Source: Laetmonice hystrix
Lineage: Eukaryota
Reading direction: 5' to 3'
Assembly: GCA_965235115.1 (NCBI GenBank)
Contig: OZ249436.1
Span: forward strand, 26,910,001-26,974,000
DNA: 64,000 nt
The notes below the pieces were generated by a model, which was not told the DNA's origin, did no database searches, and saw only the letters and a list, made by a program, of their open reading frames with translations. Positions 14,978 through 28,378 of the stretch are shown in pieces (position 1 is the stretch's first letter; every line of letters begins with the position of its first letter). A program made the translations under genes and the position numbers.

Positions 14978-15649
14978 AAACTCATTTTCTTGCCAAAAGG
15001 ACGTTTATGAATCTCTAGTTTTGTCAGCCCTAGGCAGTAAATAGATCGTTCTGATATAGTTTGTACTCTAGCGATCGTCGTCAAATAAGTTTGGTCTTCA
15101 CGGTTCCAGGTAAGTGGAAGTTCTAGCTAAACATGAAATGAAGAATAAGCCCTAAAATATTAATTTATTCCGCATTCCCGTTTTACCGTTTTTCAAATTT
15201 CATTGTTCACTCATTATAAAAATGAAAAATTGACTAGATTGATTCTTCAAAAATGTTCTTTAAACTATGTCACTCTTTGTTGCTCAATGATAATGCCAAC
15301 TTTCTAACACCATTCATCCCCCCCCCCTCCCCCCAACAACAACAACTGTTTTCCTTGTTCTTACAGCATGCAGCAGTCGAGTGAAGTCGGTTTACAAGAT
15401 AACGACACAGTATGCACGGCCGGCTGCTAGTTTGTCGTGGGGTAGAAAGGGTGACGAACTCGTCTGTTGAAAGGGTTGGGGTAGGACGGGTGTTAGAGGG
15501 GTGAGGGATTGACCCCGCACCGCCCCCACCCCCCGTCAACACGACTTCTCGCGTGAGCGGCCAGAAAACCTCGCCAGTTCTCGTTGCGGCGTGATTTCCA
15601 TCAAGATGGCAAAGGTTCGAGGTTTGTAAACGACGCTTCTATAATATAA

Positions 15650-15997
15650 CAGGCGTAGGAAGCTCTTTTTGGTTGGGGGGGGGGGGGGGCTGAAGGTGTG
15701 TGTGTGGGTGTGTGTGGGGTAATCCATGTCCACTGTAGGCGGGCCCTGGAGGGATTTTCTTCAGGAATGCCAGAGACACGTTTTCTGAGCATCTCGGAGC
15801 AAAAATCTCTCTCAAATCTATCAACAAAATTCCATCATTTTTAGGCGTGATACATAGAAAACCGCCATGAAACCCGCCTCGACCAAGAAAGCACCCAAAT
15901 GTTGGGGGGTTGAAACACACTTCAGCCCACCCACCCACACACTTTTGATATGGGGGGGGGGGGCTGACGTCCCCCCCCCCCGTTTCCTACGCCTATG
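15650..15997. mobile_element. hAT-like MITE
   Basis: Left end caggcgtaggaa; right end ttcctacgcctatg. Subterminal poly-G/poly-C tracts; tataac occurs at both junctions (partial TSD). Superfamily is inferred from the terminal motif. Confidence 0.65.
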
Positions 15998-16682
15998 TAT
16001 AACGTCGTTTGTTTGACATCGTCGGGCTCCAAACCTCAACAACTAATTGAGATCACAGTATTTTAATTTCCACTCTTTCCTTTATGAATTCATGCCATGC
16101 TAAATATCGTTGTTCGCCCCAATTTCTGGTTTAAGATTTCTGGTTTGGGTAATGTTCTGGTTACTTTTCGTAGTACAGAACCTCACAGCAATGCGGCGTA
16201 CAGTGAAAGATTCATTTTGTCGGAATACAATGTATGTATAATACGTTTAGTTACTGTATGGTGGCATTGCTATTACCCGCTGATGTTTAAAAATTGTTTA
16301 AACCGTTAAAAGATGTGTGAGTATGGAGCCGCGTTGAGGACACGAATAGAAAAAAGTTTCGCATCATGAGCATTTTCTGACTCCGCATATTAATGACATC
16401 CAAACATAAAAAGAAGAATGTATCCATATCATTGCATGTATAGGAGCATACGCTTGGAAGGAGTGGGCTTGGTAATGGCGAGTATATAAAAAACAGCTTT
16501 CTTGTTTCTTGCCAAAAAAAAGATGTTATATGTAAAAGGTCTACAAGATCATGTTTTCTCATGACGTCACATCCGGTGAACCTCACTCCAGTATGATTAA
16601 GATAAATGTCGTTCTCAGTCCGAGTTAAGGTGAAGATTTCGGCTCATTTCTTCATTTTATTTCACCCCCCCCCCCATTCACC

Positions 16683-16735
16683 CTATCTCTCTGTCTTTCT
16701 ATCTCTATCTATCTATCTTTCTCTCCTCCGTCCTC

Positions 16736-16790
<55 letters not shown>
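16683..16790. repeat. (CT)n/(CTAT)n microsatellite
   Basis: Direct reading. Confidence 0.95.
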
Positions 16791-16793
<3 letters not shown>

Positions 16794-17239
16794 GCTGTTA
16801 GTATAGTTTTGCCTTTGCTTACCTCTGTTGGCGGCTATATAATGATGTACGTAAGTATACTCTGATGGGACACCCACCCTCTCTCCCCAGCTCAGCCCTG
16901 TCCCGAGTTGCACGCCCCCTCCCCCACCCCCACCCCTTGTTATCCCATCACGAAAGGCAATCCGCCTGACATGCACGGCACCCCTCCACAATCACAGACC
17001 ACCGACATTACCCTCTGCTTCACTTACCCTGGCAACCAGACCCCTTTCACCTTAACATACATTTCAGGGGTCATTTGAGAAATTCATAAAATGGCGCAAT
17101 CTTAATATAAACGAGAAAATTGTTTTGGTGGCGCTGTAAACGGTCTGTTGAAGTCATGGCGGCAGCTGATGCGACAGGGCTGGTCTCTCACGCAATGAAA
17201 GCAGAGCAGGGGACGCCGGGTAATACTAAGATGTGCAGA

Positions 17240-17271
17240 TCTCTCTCTCTCTCCCTCTCTCTCTCTCTCTT

Positions 17272-17318
<47 letters not shown>
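17240..17318. repeat. (CT)n microsatellite
   Basis: Direct reading. Confidence 0.95.
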
Positions 17319-17320
<2 letters not shown>

Positions 17321-17748
17321 ATAATAAAGATTCAGTGTTTAAAGTGTAAGATACTGCCTCTACCCGGACAATAACAAAGATTATTTCCTTGAGTTCTAGC
17401 GGTTCGGCCAATTACATCCCACTTTTATACACAGACTGGCTACAATTATGTTTTGTAGTTTGGAGAAGGGTATAAAACCGGCTACCATCAGCAATTATCG
17501 CAGCACGATACATGTATTCGGTTTTTGTCATATTGTGTGCAAACGTATAATCTACTTTAGAGAAAGTCTTGTCTTTCGCACACTGGTTTTTGAGGATACA
17601 CACGAGTCTTGCCGTGTCCACGTTCCCATAACCTCAAGGATTCTAGTATGTTTCCCCGAGATGGCTGCTTAATTCACATGATAAAACGCCACAGCTTTAA
17701 TTACAGCGGACGTCATAACTTGAGTTTCATGGAAGTGAAATAGTGTAC

Positions 17749-19198
17749 TACAAGGACGTGTGCACCTACACCCAATCCAGAAATATTGTAATACAAAGAC
17801 GTGTGCACCTACACCCAATCCAGAAATATTGTAATACAAGGACGTGTGCACCTACACCCAATCCAGAAATATTGTAATACAAGGAAGTGTGCACCTACAC
17901 TCAATCCAGAAATATTGTAATACAAGGACGTGTGCGCCTACACCCAATCCAGAAATATTGTAATACAAGGACATGTGCACCTACACCCAATCCAGAAATA
18001 TTGTAATACAAGGACGTGTGCACCTACACCCAATCCAGAAATATTGTAATACAAGGACGTGTGCACCTACACCCAATCCAGAAATATTGTAATACAAGGA
18101 CGTGTGCACCTAAACCCAATCCAGAAATATTGTAATACAAGGACGTTTGTACCAACACCCAATCCAGAAATATTGTAATACAAGGACGTGTGCACCTACA
18201 ACCAATCCAGAAATATTGTAATACAAGGAAGTGTGCACCTACACTCAATCCAGAAATATTGTAATACAAGGACGTGTGTGCCTACACCCAATCCAGAAAT
18301 ATTGTAATACAAGGACGTGTGCACCTACACCCAATCCAGAAATATTGTAATACAAGGACGTGTGCACCTAAACCCAATCCAGAAATATTGTAATACAAGG
18401 ACGTTTGTACCTACACCCAATCCAGAAATATTGTAATACAAGGACGTGTGCACCTACACCCAATCCAGAAATATTGTAATACAAGGACGTGTGCACCTAC
18501 ACCCAATCCAGAAATATTGTAATACAAGGACGTGTGCACCTACACCCAATCCAGAAATATTGTAATACAAGGACGTGTGCACCTACACCCAATCCAGAAA
18601 TATTGTAATACAAGGACGTGTGCACCTAAACCCAATCCAGAAATATTGTAATACAAGGACGTTTGCACCTACACCCAATCCAGAAATATTGTAATACAAG
18701 GACGTGTGCACCTACACCCAATCCAGAAATATTGTAATGTAGAAGGACGTGTGCCCCTACACCCAATCCAGAAATATTGTAATGTAGAAGGACGTGTGCC
18801 CCTACACCCAATCCAAAAATATTGTAGTACAAGGACGTGTGCACCTACACCCAATCCAGAAATATTGTAATACAAGGACGTGTGCACCTAAACCCAATCC
18901 AGAAATATTGTAATACAAGGACGTATGCACCTACACCCAATCCAGAAATATTGTAATACAAGGACGTGTGCACCTAAACCCAATCCAAAAATATTGTAAT
19001 ACAAGGACGTGTGCACCTAAACCCAATCCAAAAATATTGTAGTACAAGGACGTGTGCACCTACACCCAATCCAGAAATATTGTAATACAAGGACGTGTTA
19101 CACCCAATCCAGAAATATTGTAATACAAGGACGTGTGCACCTAAACCCAATCCAGAAATATTGTAATACAAGGACGTGTGCGCCTACACCCAATCCAG
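17749..19198. repeat. 43-bp minisatellite, about 34 copies
   Basis: Unit aatattgtaatacaaggacgtgtgcacctacacccaatccaga; ccagaaatattg recurs at 17777, 17820 and onward (period 43). Highly homogeneous. Confidence 0.97.
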
Positions 19199-20976
19199 CA
19201 ATTTGTTGAAAGGAAGTCCACGCATATTTTGTCAGTCACCAAGAACTAAATGTTGTATCACGTCACATCTTTTGTAATAATTTATTGATATGATTGCATT
19301 CAATGAAAACCTTTTTGACATAACTTTTTTTTTGAAAATTAAACTGGAACTTTGTTCTCAATGTTTTCTTTAAAAACTTGAAGATTTGCTTTTAAAAGAA
19401 TGGCTTCAAGTTTGATGGCTGTGGTTCCGACGTGCACCTATATCGCTCGTCCCCCATCACGATTGGTTGCTGATTGGGCATCCGCCGTCATTTCATTTCA
19501 TAGGCAATCAATACGGTTAATTAAACCGTAACGCTTGCCACAATATGTTTCTCCATGGTGATGAAAACAAATAAGATCTGTTGACAGCTTGTGAAATTAC
19601 ACGTTCCGGTGCAAATTAAAAAGATCCTGGCGATATAATTAAATCGGCTAAAGTTGCGAAATTGTTACTGTTAATGATCCACGTTGAATTCGGCCTTTAA
19701 TCAAAGAGTTCCGTCCTGCAGTCTGTGCGAGAGCTAATGAACAATCAGTCGATTTATGTCACATGTCCCCTTGTCGCATTCAAAACGGCAATACGAATTT
19801 TCGTGGGCTAGCTCGCACTTGGAAAGTGTCTTCGTCATCTGACATAGATTAGAAGTGAACTCCGCGTAATGATAGCTCAAAATGGGCCATATTGGCAAAG
19901 ATCAAAGACATTGTCTGGCTGATAATGATGCAGAGTGGCAGGTTGTAAAATGCAGGGGGTGACTGTCCCGCCCACCAGCGTCACAGTGACAAGGGCACGC
20001 GCCAATCTTGTGTGACGTAATGAATCGGGCAGACGACATCACTTGTTCCATTCCCTGGAAAAACAAAGACTATACCTGCGACGCGGTGCGGTTGCTCTTT
20101 GATACTATTTAAATGCTCCTCTATGAAAAGGCATAGTTACGAATGAAGGACGGCAGATAACTATATCATGAACAACTTTACTGGAGGCAGCTTCATAGTG
20201 AAACAAACCTGTGTACGGTGCTGTTGCTCTTGGCGGGTTTATTATGAATGCTGAAATAGGCGTACTCTTTCCTCCAGAGAGGAGTAGTCTAGGAGCTAAA
20301 TCCCTGCTGCAGGTCGTACAATTACGTAATTGTTTAGGCGAAGCCGGGGAAGGAAACGTCCTCCGCTTGATCGGTTTTTAGACAGATCCAAATTAATGCT
20401 ATTAGCATTTTTAACATCAAACGTGAATTAAAATTAATGAAGGTCGCCGATTAATCAGATACTGATTCCGCAGATTCTTAGCTATAGCATAATTCAACAG
20501 ATCTGTGATTATTTTCATTTAAATTTATGTTTCAGCCTACCACATTTTTAAAAGATCATAGCATGATATTATACATGATATAAGATTTACTAGTGTACAG
20601 CTGATGTTGAAGTGCTATAGTATTGACCTAAATACATGTTAGTGAACGAGAACTAGTAGAGTCTACTGCCCTTCTCCCGAAACGTCATCAACAGGCAGTA
20701 AATACGACCCGGTTCAATTTCATCCCTATCATCCGATCATCTGCCGGATTAAGTGGTGAAGCCCCAAATACCACATGACCACCTTGATCTGTCGGTGTCA
20801 CGCGACCGGATTAATGTCATCCCGAGAGGTGTTTAATTAGAGGTGGCCTGCTGTGTTGATTAGGTGAGGAGTCGACATAATCAACTCTCAAAGTGAGCTC
20901 CTGAATCTTTATGTACATAAGTCATGAACGGCAGAGAGGTGCTTCACGCAGGAGGCACGACCTTGTATGAACATGA

Positions 20977-21136
20977 CAGGGCGTACTGAGGGGCAGTGGC
21001 CCCCTTCCCAGTAATTCTGGGAAAAAAATGTTGTTTTTGTGCCCTTTTTGAATTAGCCGAAATATGTCCTGAATGACGAATGCCCTTCGGAACCTTGGGA
21101 CTGGCCCTTAGTAATGTTTGGCTGCGTACGGCCTTG
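20977..21136. mobile_element. Short hAT-like MITE remnant
   Basis: Left end cagggcgtac; right end gtacggccttg (reverse complement caaggccgtac). Internal gcccc/tgccctttt motifs. No TSD seen. Confidence 0.4.
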
Positions 21137-21410
21137 GTAGACAATCTCGGCAGAGATTTTCAAGCAGATGACTTAGTGATGTGTTGGGGAGTTTCTCCTC
21201 AGTAGATGACTAGAAACCTGACGTCTACCTAGTCAAAGGTTATTAATTCCGTCGAGGTAGTTGTTGAGATAGTTCTGCTTGGTTGCCCGAACTCCTCCTT
21301 CCTATCTTTTACTTGGGTATTTATCGCCAGGGTTAGCTTTGCCCTTTCTCTTTAGCCCATTAGAAAGGTGGTGAATGGCCTTCACCTTGACACAGAGTCA
21401 TGGTCAACTA

Positions 21411-22215
21411 CCACTCGGCACACCTCAACTGACTGAAATCATGTCTCGGCTGTACGACGAAGGTCGCCATGTTGGGGAGGGGGGTGGGGTGGGGTGGGTG
21501 GCATTCGGAAAACCTCGACTCATCTTCCGGTCGCTTCGCTAGATGTGGTCTCGGACCTCGCAAGCCGTAGAGATATGACGTAGATTCCACGGGTTTGGGC
21601 ACATCACAACTCGCGTACTGCGCAAAGTAGTTCATAGATCGTCGGTATTCGGCCTAACGCGGGATGGTTCCTCGGGAAAGATGGATGATTTCCGAAGATT
21701 TGCAGTCTCCATCGTTCTTAGCAGCCGCGACACATTCAGTTTTGCAATATTTATGAAATCAGACCAGCTTTACCAGCATCGACATAAGAAATGACGTCAT
21801 TATGCCCGAAGGAATCCCGAGGGGATCCCGAGTGGGACAGCGCGTCCGTGGGACGGACGTTGACCTCCGTCTGATGATATAAACAATGCCAATAGGAATG
21901 TCAACATCTAAAAAAGTATGCCCTATAGAGACCTGAATAGATTTTCTTTCAAGCGGTGATCTGCTTTTAAACAAGCCACACAGTGCTTGTCATTCACCTT
22001 TGTCGTTGTGTCGGCCGTCGCCATTTTGACCACGTTGTGTCACGTGATAAAAGAAGATCCAACATGGCGACGACCGTGCGAGGGCCGAGAGGATCTGTCC
22101 CGAACAGTCCCGAGGTTGGCCGAATGGGGTGGGTGGGTGGCAAGGTCGGGATCAGTGGGCCGGATGTAGACAACAGCAAACTGAAAGTCCCATGATGCCG
22201 CCGTGCCGAAAGTGG
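21411..22215. mobile_element. Putative non-autonomous element with imperfect inverted ends
   Basis: ccactcggcac ... gtgccgaaagtgg; internal inverted pair gtcgccatgttgg (~21462) / ccaacatggcgac (~22059). The start resembles window positions 38-63 (ctcggcacacc...ctgaaatca). Confidence 0.3.
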
Positions 22216-22830
22216 AACACTTCCCACTTAATTAGCCTGTGTCGGACTTTACAGAGTTAGAATATCTTGTTTGATCGCAGGTGAAGAAGAGACTGCTTTG
22301 CCTCTGTAGAAAATTCGAGAAGGATAGGTATGTTGAGAAATTAGATTAGAACTATGTGCCTGTGCGTAGGGGGGAATTCGACTATTTACTGCTCATCTCT
22401 ACATCCGCGATGCCGCTTTACACGACTTTGCGCAAATCCTGGGGAAATGTCCGCTTCATACATCCGAGGCCTGCTTCGCCTCCGAATATGACCTAGAAAC
22501 AGCCAATCAGAAGCAGCGTCGGTGTTGCGAGTGGGTCAACTACCAAGATGACCTTCCTTGGCCGACAACCTCGACCCATCCTTCACCTCTCTGAAAGGTT
22601 CCGGAACCAGCCAAGGTGATTTGACGTCACCGAGCCGGCAGCGAATTTTTTCCCCCAAACGACATAGCAATGGGGAATATTTAGCGGCTTCTAATTGGCT
22701 GCAGGATAAAGTCAACCCCACTTGAGCGCTTTCTGACGGTCTGTGTCGGTATCAGTAAATTGGGTCAGACTCAGAAATGGGCCAATCAGAAGCCTCGAAT
22801 GCTATGACGTTTGGGAAAAAAGATTCGCGA

Positions 22831-23085
22831 GCCGGTGTGAACGGAATGTAAGTCCTCCGGTATTGAGGTCCGCTGGACCTGGATTCCTTAGTTATGCAGG
22901 TCCTAGTCATCAACGTCGTGGTATAAGACAATATAATTAAGAAAATTTAAATGAATTAGGGTTAAGATTAGGGATAGGATTATGAAGAAATAGGCAAATA
23001 ATACAACATCACGGACTTCAATTCCTAGGAATGCAGGTCCGTCAGACCTGCATTTCAGGGAGACCTACATTCCTGTCACACCGGC
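22831..23085. mobile_element. MITE with GCCGGTGT termini
   Basis: Left end gccggtgtgaacggaatgtaagtcc; right end reverse-complements to gccggtgtgacaggaatgtaggtct. Internal ttagggttaagattaggg tract and repeated aggtcc/ggacct motifs. Confidence 0.8.
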
Positions 23086-26000
23086 AGCCCCGGTACCCGT
23101 GTTGTTTCTTTATATTATTGCTGAGTATCTAGGTAGGCCTACCCCATCTGCAGCGGACCTCTTGTGGACTAGTCTCACCTATACTGCCGTGCAATGACAA
23201 AAGGAAGCAAGTCCAACTTTCATCAAAATCGACTTAAGTGTATATTTGGATTCAGGGAAGTAAGTCCTATCTATCAATGGGTGTATTTCTGCTAAACATC
23301 CTTCTATGAAGCTATCAGTCACATGACAGAAGGAAGCATTGAAACTTGAACTTTTGGACTTGCTTCCTTTTGTCATTTCACGGCAGTATAGTTTCCGAGG
23401 TTTCAGATGGGAAAACTGAGATGATGATGGTGAATCATTTCAAGCTCTATTTTCTGGATCAGCAAACAGGAGGAGTATGCCTGAACACCCGCTGCTGGAA
23501 GCATCCCTGGGAAAGAGTGTGGATTTTTAGACAGGCATATTAATGTATATAAAAGCCAGTTAATACAAAAAAATATATAGCTTTTCATAGAGATTCCTTA
23601 TTGGATTATTTTGTTTTGATTCGTGTCTTTCAAAGTTCAAAATAAAACACGATCACTCCTAAATGTTTCCTTCTAGATCGCATGTTTCAGCAGCGGTCAC
23701 ATTCGAGTGTTCGTGCCAGATCCCTACACCACAGCTGGTACGCCATCTGCAAACCCCAACACTAAACGTGTCAGAAACATCTCCTCAACGGCCGGTTCCC
23801 GCAGTACAGTCGACGAAAACAATGCCTCTCCCTTTGTAGATGACGTAACGCTCCCCAGGACCTTCACCTTTACCGCTCCTTCCCCAATTGTAGCATCACG
23901 TGCTCTTTTGTTGCAGCTGGCCGAGGCCGACTCGGGTTTTGAGTGACGACAGAGATTTAATTCCAAACCGGTGTTTCCCCTCGGGTATTTGGCATCCGGC
24001 AGGGTTTACACAAATACAATAACTTGTTTCGTGTTCTCGGTATAAAACACCAGAGCCAGTGGAAACAAATGAAATGTCAGATAAAAAGATCATAAAAGGC
24101 AATCAGAACGTGGCACAAGTGCTGGGTGCCTGGAGTGTGGGAGCGTGCAGGGTGCGCCTGTGGACAAGTGGGTATTGTTTGATTACCGGAAATGACCAAC
24201 TAAAGAATTCGCGCCTGTGCAGAAATAATACATGTACCCATACATGTATTAATCTATACACACATAATTATCTATGTATTCTTACAAATATAAAAAGTCT
24301 AATAGTGAAACGCACCTGTATGAATAGATGCATCCACTTTATCAAATCTAAAAATAGTTACATGGGGAGCACACAGACATAGACTACTTGCCTTGCATAC
24401 ATAACATGCATATCCACCCAACTAGCTGTATTCATACATTCTATTTACATAAGTATAGGTATGCAAGTAGAAAGAGCCCGTGTTTCGTCTGTTATGGCGT
24501 CACAATCCGTAACCATCTGGCCTCTGCGGCCTTTAGATACTAGTTACCCGAGTCGCCACGTGGTCTACAATTGTTGGGGTTCAGCGTGGTCCTCATGTGC
24601 ACCCTAATTAGCCCCCAAGAGGAAGAATCACATAAACCCTTTGCAATATGATCCTCGTATCGACTGGCAGGCCTCGTTCGTGTTTGTGCATGGGTAAACC
24701 AACATATGCCGGTTTATTCTTGTACAAAGTATCTATTTCAAAGGAATTTGTGTCACCTCAGAAAAAAGAAATCGGTTCGTTTTGTTTTGGAGCTTTTCAA
24801 AGTCGATGTTATGATAGAGGTTAAATTTGTTAGGCTCTAACGGGCGATTTTATGTGAAACATGATATCGAACTAGTTAATTTAGGTACTCTCGTGTAACA
24901 ATCTATGAGATTGAGCAACAATAATACTTATCTTTCAATCGCACGGTTTACACCCCATCTTTAATTCTTTCATTCTTCGCGCTGTGTAATCTTTATTTTC
25001 TCCTGAATGCATCACATATATCTTAAGGATGGCCCTGTTTTCTCCGTTTGTGGACGGAAGCACCATACAGTTTCCGGACTTCTTGAATTGAAATCTCAAT
25101 CTTTTATCAATGTTAAAGCCCCTCTGTGATATCTTGCTGTGCCCTACTCGAGCCAAGAAATTACACTTTTACACAGGGTGTTCAAAAAAAAGACTTTCAT
25201 ATACAGACTATTATGCCTACATGCGTTCAATTTTGCAGTAGGCCGGCAGGGTGTGCCCCCCCCCCCTGTATGTATAATGTACAACTCACCCGACTCCCTC
25301 CCTATACATCAATATCTGTAGGTGACTCGACAAGGTGCTCGTCGGCAGTCATGACCGCCCTGAGTCTCTCTCGACCTCAACGCTTCATAAAATACTCATT
25401 GTCGAGCTGTGACCATGCAGTATCCTCAATGGGCCAACAGGGGCATATTCATTGGAAGACAACCCTTTACATCTAATACTCTTCAAGTCGAGCTCAGCTG
25501 ACTGACGGTGGCAGTGCCACTCAGACCCGAGGTCTTCATGTAAGTGGAAGTGTAAGCTCGATGGACCTAAGAGAGACTCTCCACCCAAAAGCATAATGAG
25601 CTTACAGTCTCCTATCGCTTTCGCTGCTCTTCACCGAGTCAAAACCCCCTCATAACAGCGCGCCGAAATTACACGCCCAATAATAGCAACGCCAAATGGT
25701 TTGTTAAACTTTTTCAAATCCGATTCAAAAGAGTGGGTCAGGTCGGCCCACCTCTCTGAGCGCTGGCTCTCAGCGACTAAACGGTGAGGCTAAACAATGG
25801 GCAGAAGGGGGAGGGAGAGGGTGGGAATTATTTTAAATATCCTTCCACCCTCTGTGAGGGGTTTAATTTACCACCTGGGGTTTAAGCCGTTGAGCGGATC
25901 CGCTGAACCCAGCGTCAGGGCCATCATTTTGGTCCTCAACTCGACGACTCGGGTTCAAAGTACAAAAAGCTTCATAGACTTTCAATTGTGATACAAAAAA

Positions 26001-26461
26001 ATCTGAACGCTGGACTGACAAAGGTGATTGAGGTGTACTGTGTGAGCGTGTCTTTGATTGAGAAAATGTATGGTTTAACAAATAGTTCAGGGTTAATTAC
26101 ATCGGAAGAAGAACAGAGGTGAATCTGAACAGAATGATCAAATTTATACAAAAATTGTCCAAATGGTTAATGACTACTATAATCAAAACATATAATATAA
26201 TTTTCAGTTAGCTCGGTGTAAGGTTTTAAAGACAAAGCATGGTACAAGCGCTTCATCTGATTGGGCTAGTAAGTATTTTATTTTTCAATTCAGACTAAAT
26301 TTAAATAGGTAGTAAGCAGGGTGGTAAACTATGCTTTCGTTTTGTCCGGAAACCAGTCGAGAAAATCCGAGTATGGCTTGGGACTTGGGACTAATTGAAA
26401 GGTTAAAAAATAGACTTTACACATCATCTTTTGTATCATTCCATAATGGTATAGGCCTACA

Positions 26462-26625
26462 CATGGGCGTATGGGGACTCTAGTTAAGGGGGGCAGAGGT
26501 TTTGATTTCCCCGAAGTTCTCAGTCCGATTTCTTTCTTTTTGCTTGGCCCGAATGTTCCCCACTGTTTTGCACGAATTGGAGGGGGGAGTTGCCCCCCTG
26601 CCCTCCCCCGACCCGCACGCCTATG
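26462..26625. mobile_element. hAT-like MITE
   Basis: catgggcgtatgggg ... cccgcacgcctatg; gcctaca lies on both flanks (near 8-bp TSD ggcctaca/cgcctaca). Confidence 0.65.
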
Positions 26626-26900
26626 CCGCCTACATGATTATGGAATACCCTCCCTGTAAGGGGGTGTGTACAACTCTGGTAAGCATATCTCATCTAGTTT
26701 CACAGGTTTGGGGCTAACATTGCCCGCTTTTACTTTAACAATATTTTCTAATACTTCAACAAAAACATATACATGGTCAAGTGCAAGTGTCAATCTATAA
26801 CTTATACTCTTTCAGTTTCCTGACGTTTAAAGTACATGCCGTTTATATAGGCCTACCCCTGGAACCCACACCCACACCCCCTGGGCCATGTATTCATTTC

Positions 26901-27781
26901 TAACCAACCAATCAATACCCAAACCTGACCTTACCAACCAATCAATACCCAACCCTGACGTTACCAACCAATCAATACCCAACCCTGACCTCACCAACCA
27001 ATCAATACCCAACCCTGACCTTACCAACCAATCAATACCCAACCCTGACGTTACCAACTAATTAATACCCAACCCTGACGTTACCAACCAATCAATACCC
27101 AACCCTGACCTCACCAACCAATCAATACCCAACCCTGACGTTACCAACTAATTAATACCCAACCCTGACGTTACCAACCAATCAATACCCAACCCTGACC
27201 TCACCAACCAATCAATACCCAACCCTGACCTCACCAACCAATCAATACCCAACCCTGACGTTACCAACCAATCATACCCAACCCTGACGTTACCAACCAA
27301 TCAATACCCAACCCTGACCTCACCAACCAATCAATACCCAACCCTGACGTTACCAACCAATCACACCCAACCCTGACGTTACCAACCAATCCATACCCAA
27401 CCCTGACGTTACAACCAATCATTACCCAACCCTGACGTTACCAACCAATCCATACCCAACCCTGACGTTACAACCAATCAATACCCAACCCTGACGTTAC
27501 AACCAATCATTACCCAACCCTGATGTTACAACCAATCCATACCCAACCCTGACGTTACAACCAATCAATACCCAACCCTGACGTTACCAACCAATCAATA
27601 CCCAACCCTGACGTTACCAACCAATCAATACCCAACCCTGACGTTACCAACCAATCAATACCCAACCCTGACGTTACCAACCAATCAATACCCAACCCTG
27701 ACGTTACAACCAATCATTACCCAACCCTGATGTTACAACCAATCAATACCCAACCCTGACGTTACCAACCAATCAATACCC
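26901..27781. repeat. 30-bp minisatellite, about 30 copies
   Basis: Unit taccaaccaatcaatacccaaccctgacgt, with tgacctc and 29-bp variants. Confidence 0.97.
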
Positions 27782-28182
27782 ACCCGTCACGTTGTACCCC
27801 CAAAAATCAGGATTCAAACACCTGGGGAAAAACAGAAAGCTGATAGAAGCGGATCTACGGAAGAATTAATCGCCTTTATCCGAGCAGATAATCCGATTCG
27901 ATCTCGGCTTTTTTTAACAGGATTAGACTTACCTGTCTGCATAAATGTTGATCCGCAGGTTTGCCATGTTAACCTGGTTAAAGGATATATACCATTAGGG
28001 TCATGAATATTCACAGGGAGATTTAGCGGCTGACGGTGTCATCCACTGATAATCTTCGATTATACATATAGGCCAACACCGCTCCCCTTTATTAGATTTT
28101 GGACTTAGCTATGAAAACTTTGGAAACATGGCCTTTTGTCAAATATATTTTAATATTCTTTTAAAACCGTCCGAGGGAAGCT

Positions 28183-28333
28183 GAGAGAGAGGGGAGAGAG
28201 AGGAGAGACAGAGAGAGGAGCGAGGGAGAGGGGGGAGAGATAGAGAGAGAGAGAGAGGGGAGGAGAGAGAGAGAGAGGAGAGGAGAGAGAGAGACAGAGA
28301 GAGAGAGACAGACAGACGGCGAGAGAGACAGAC

Positions 28334-28377
<44 letters not shown>
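28183..28377. repeat. (GA)n/(GACA)n purine-rich microsatellite
   Basis: Direct reading. Confidence 0.95.

Positions 28378-28378
<1 letters not shown>

Noticed and set aside
17749..19198. CRISPR-like array (also considered for the 30-, 50- and 72-bp arrays)
   Set aside because: Units are head-to-tail with no unique spacers, there are no cas genes, and the context is eukaryotic.
23677..23946. Possible terminal exon (ttccttctag| IACFSSGHIRVFVPDPY...SGFE*)
   Set aside because: An acceptor and open frame are present, but there is no recognisable homology or supporting exon chain; needs RNA-seq.
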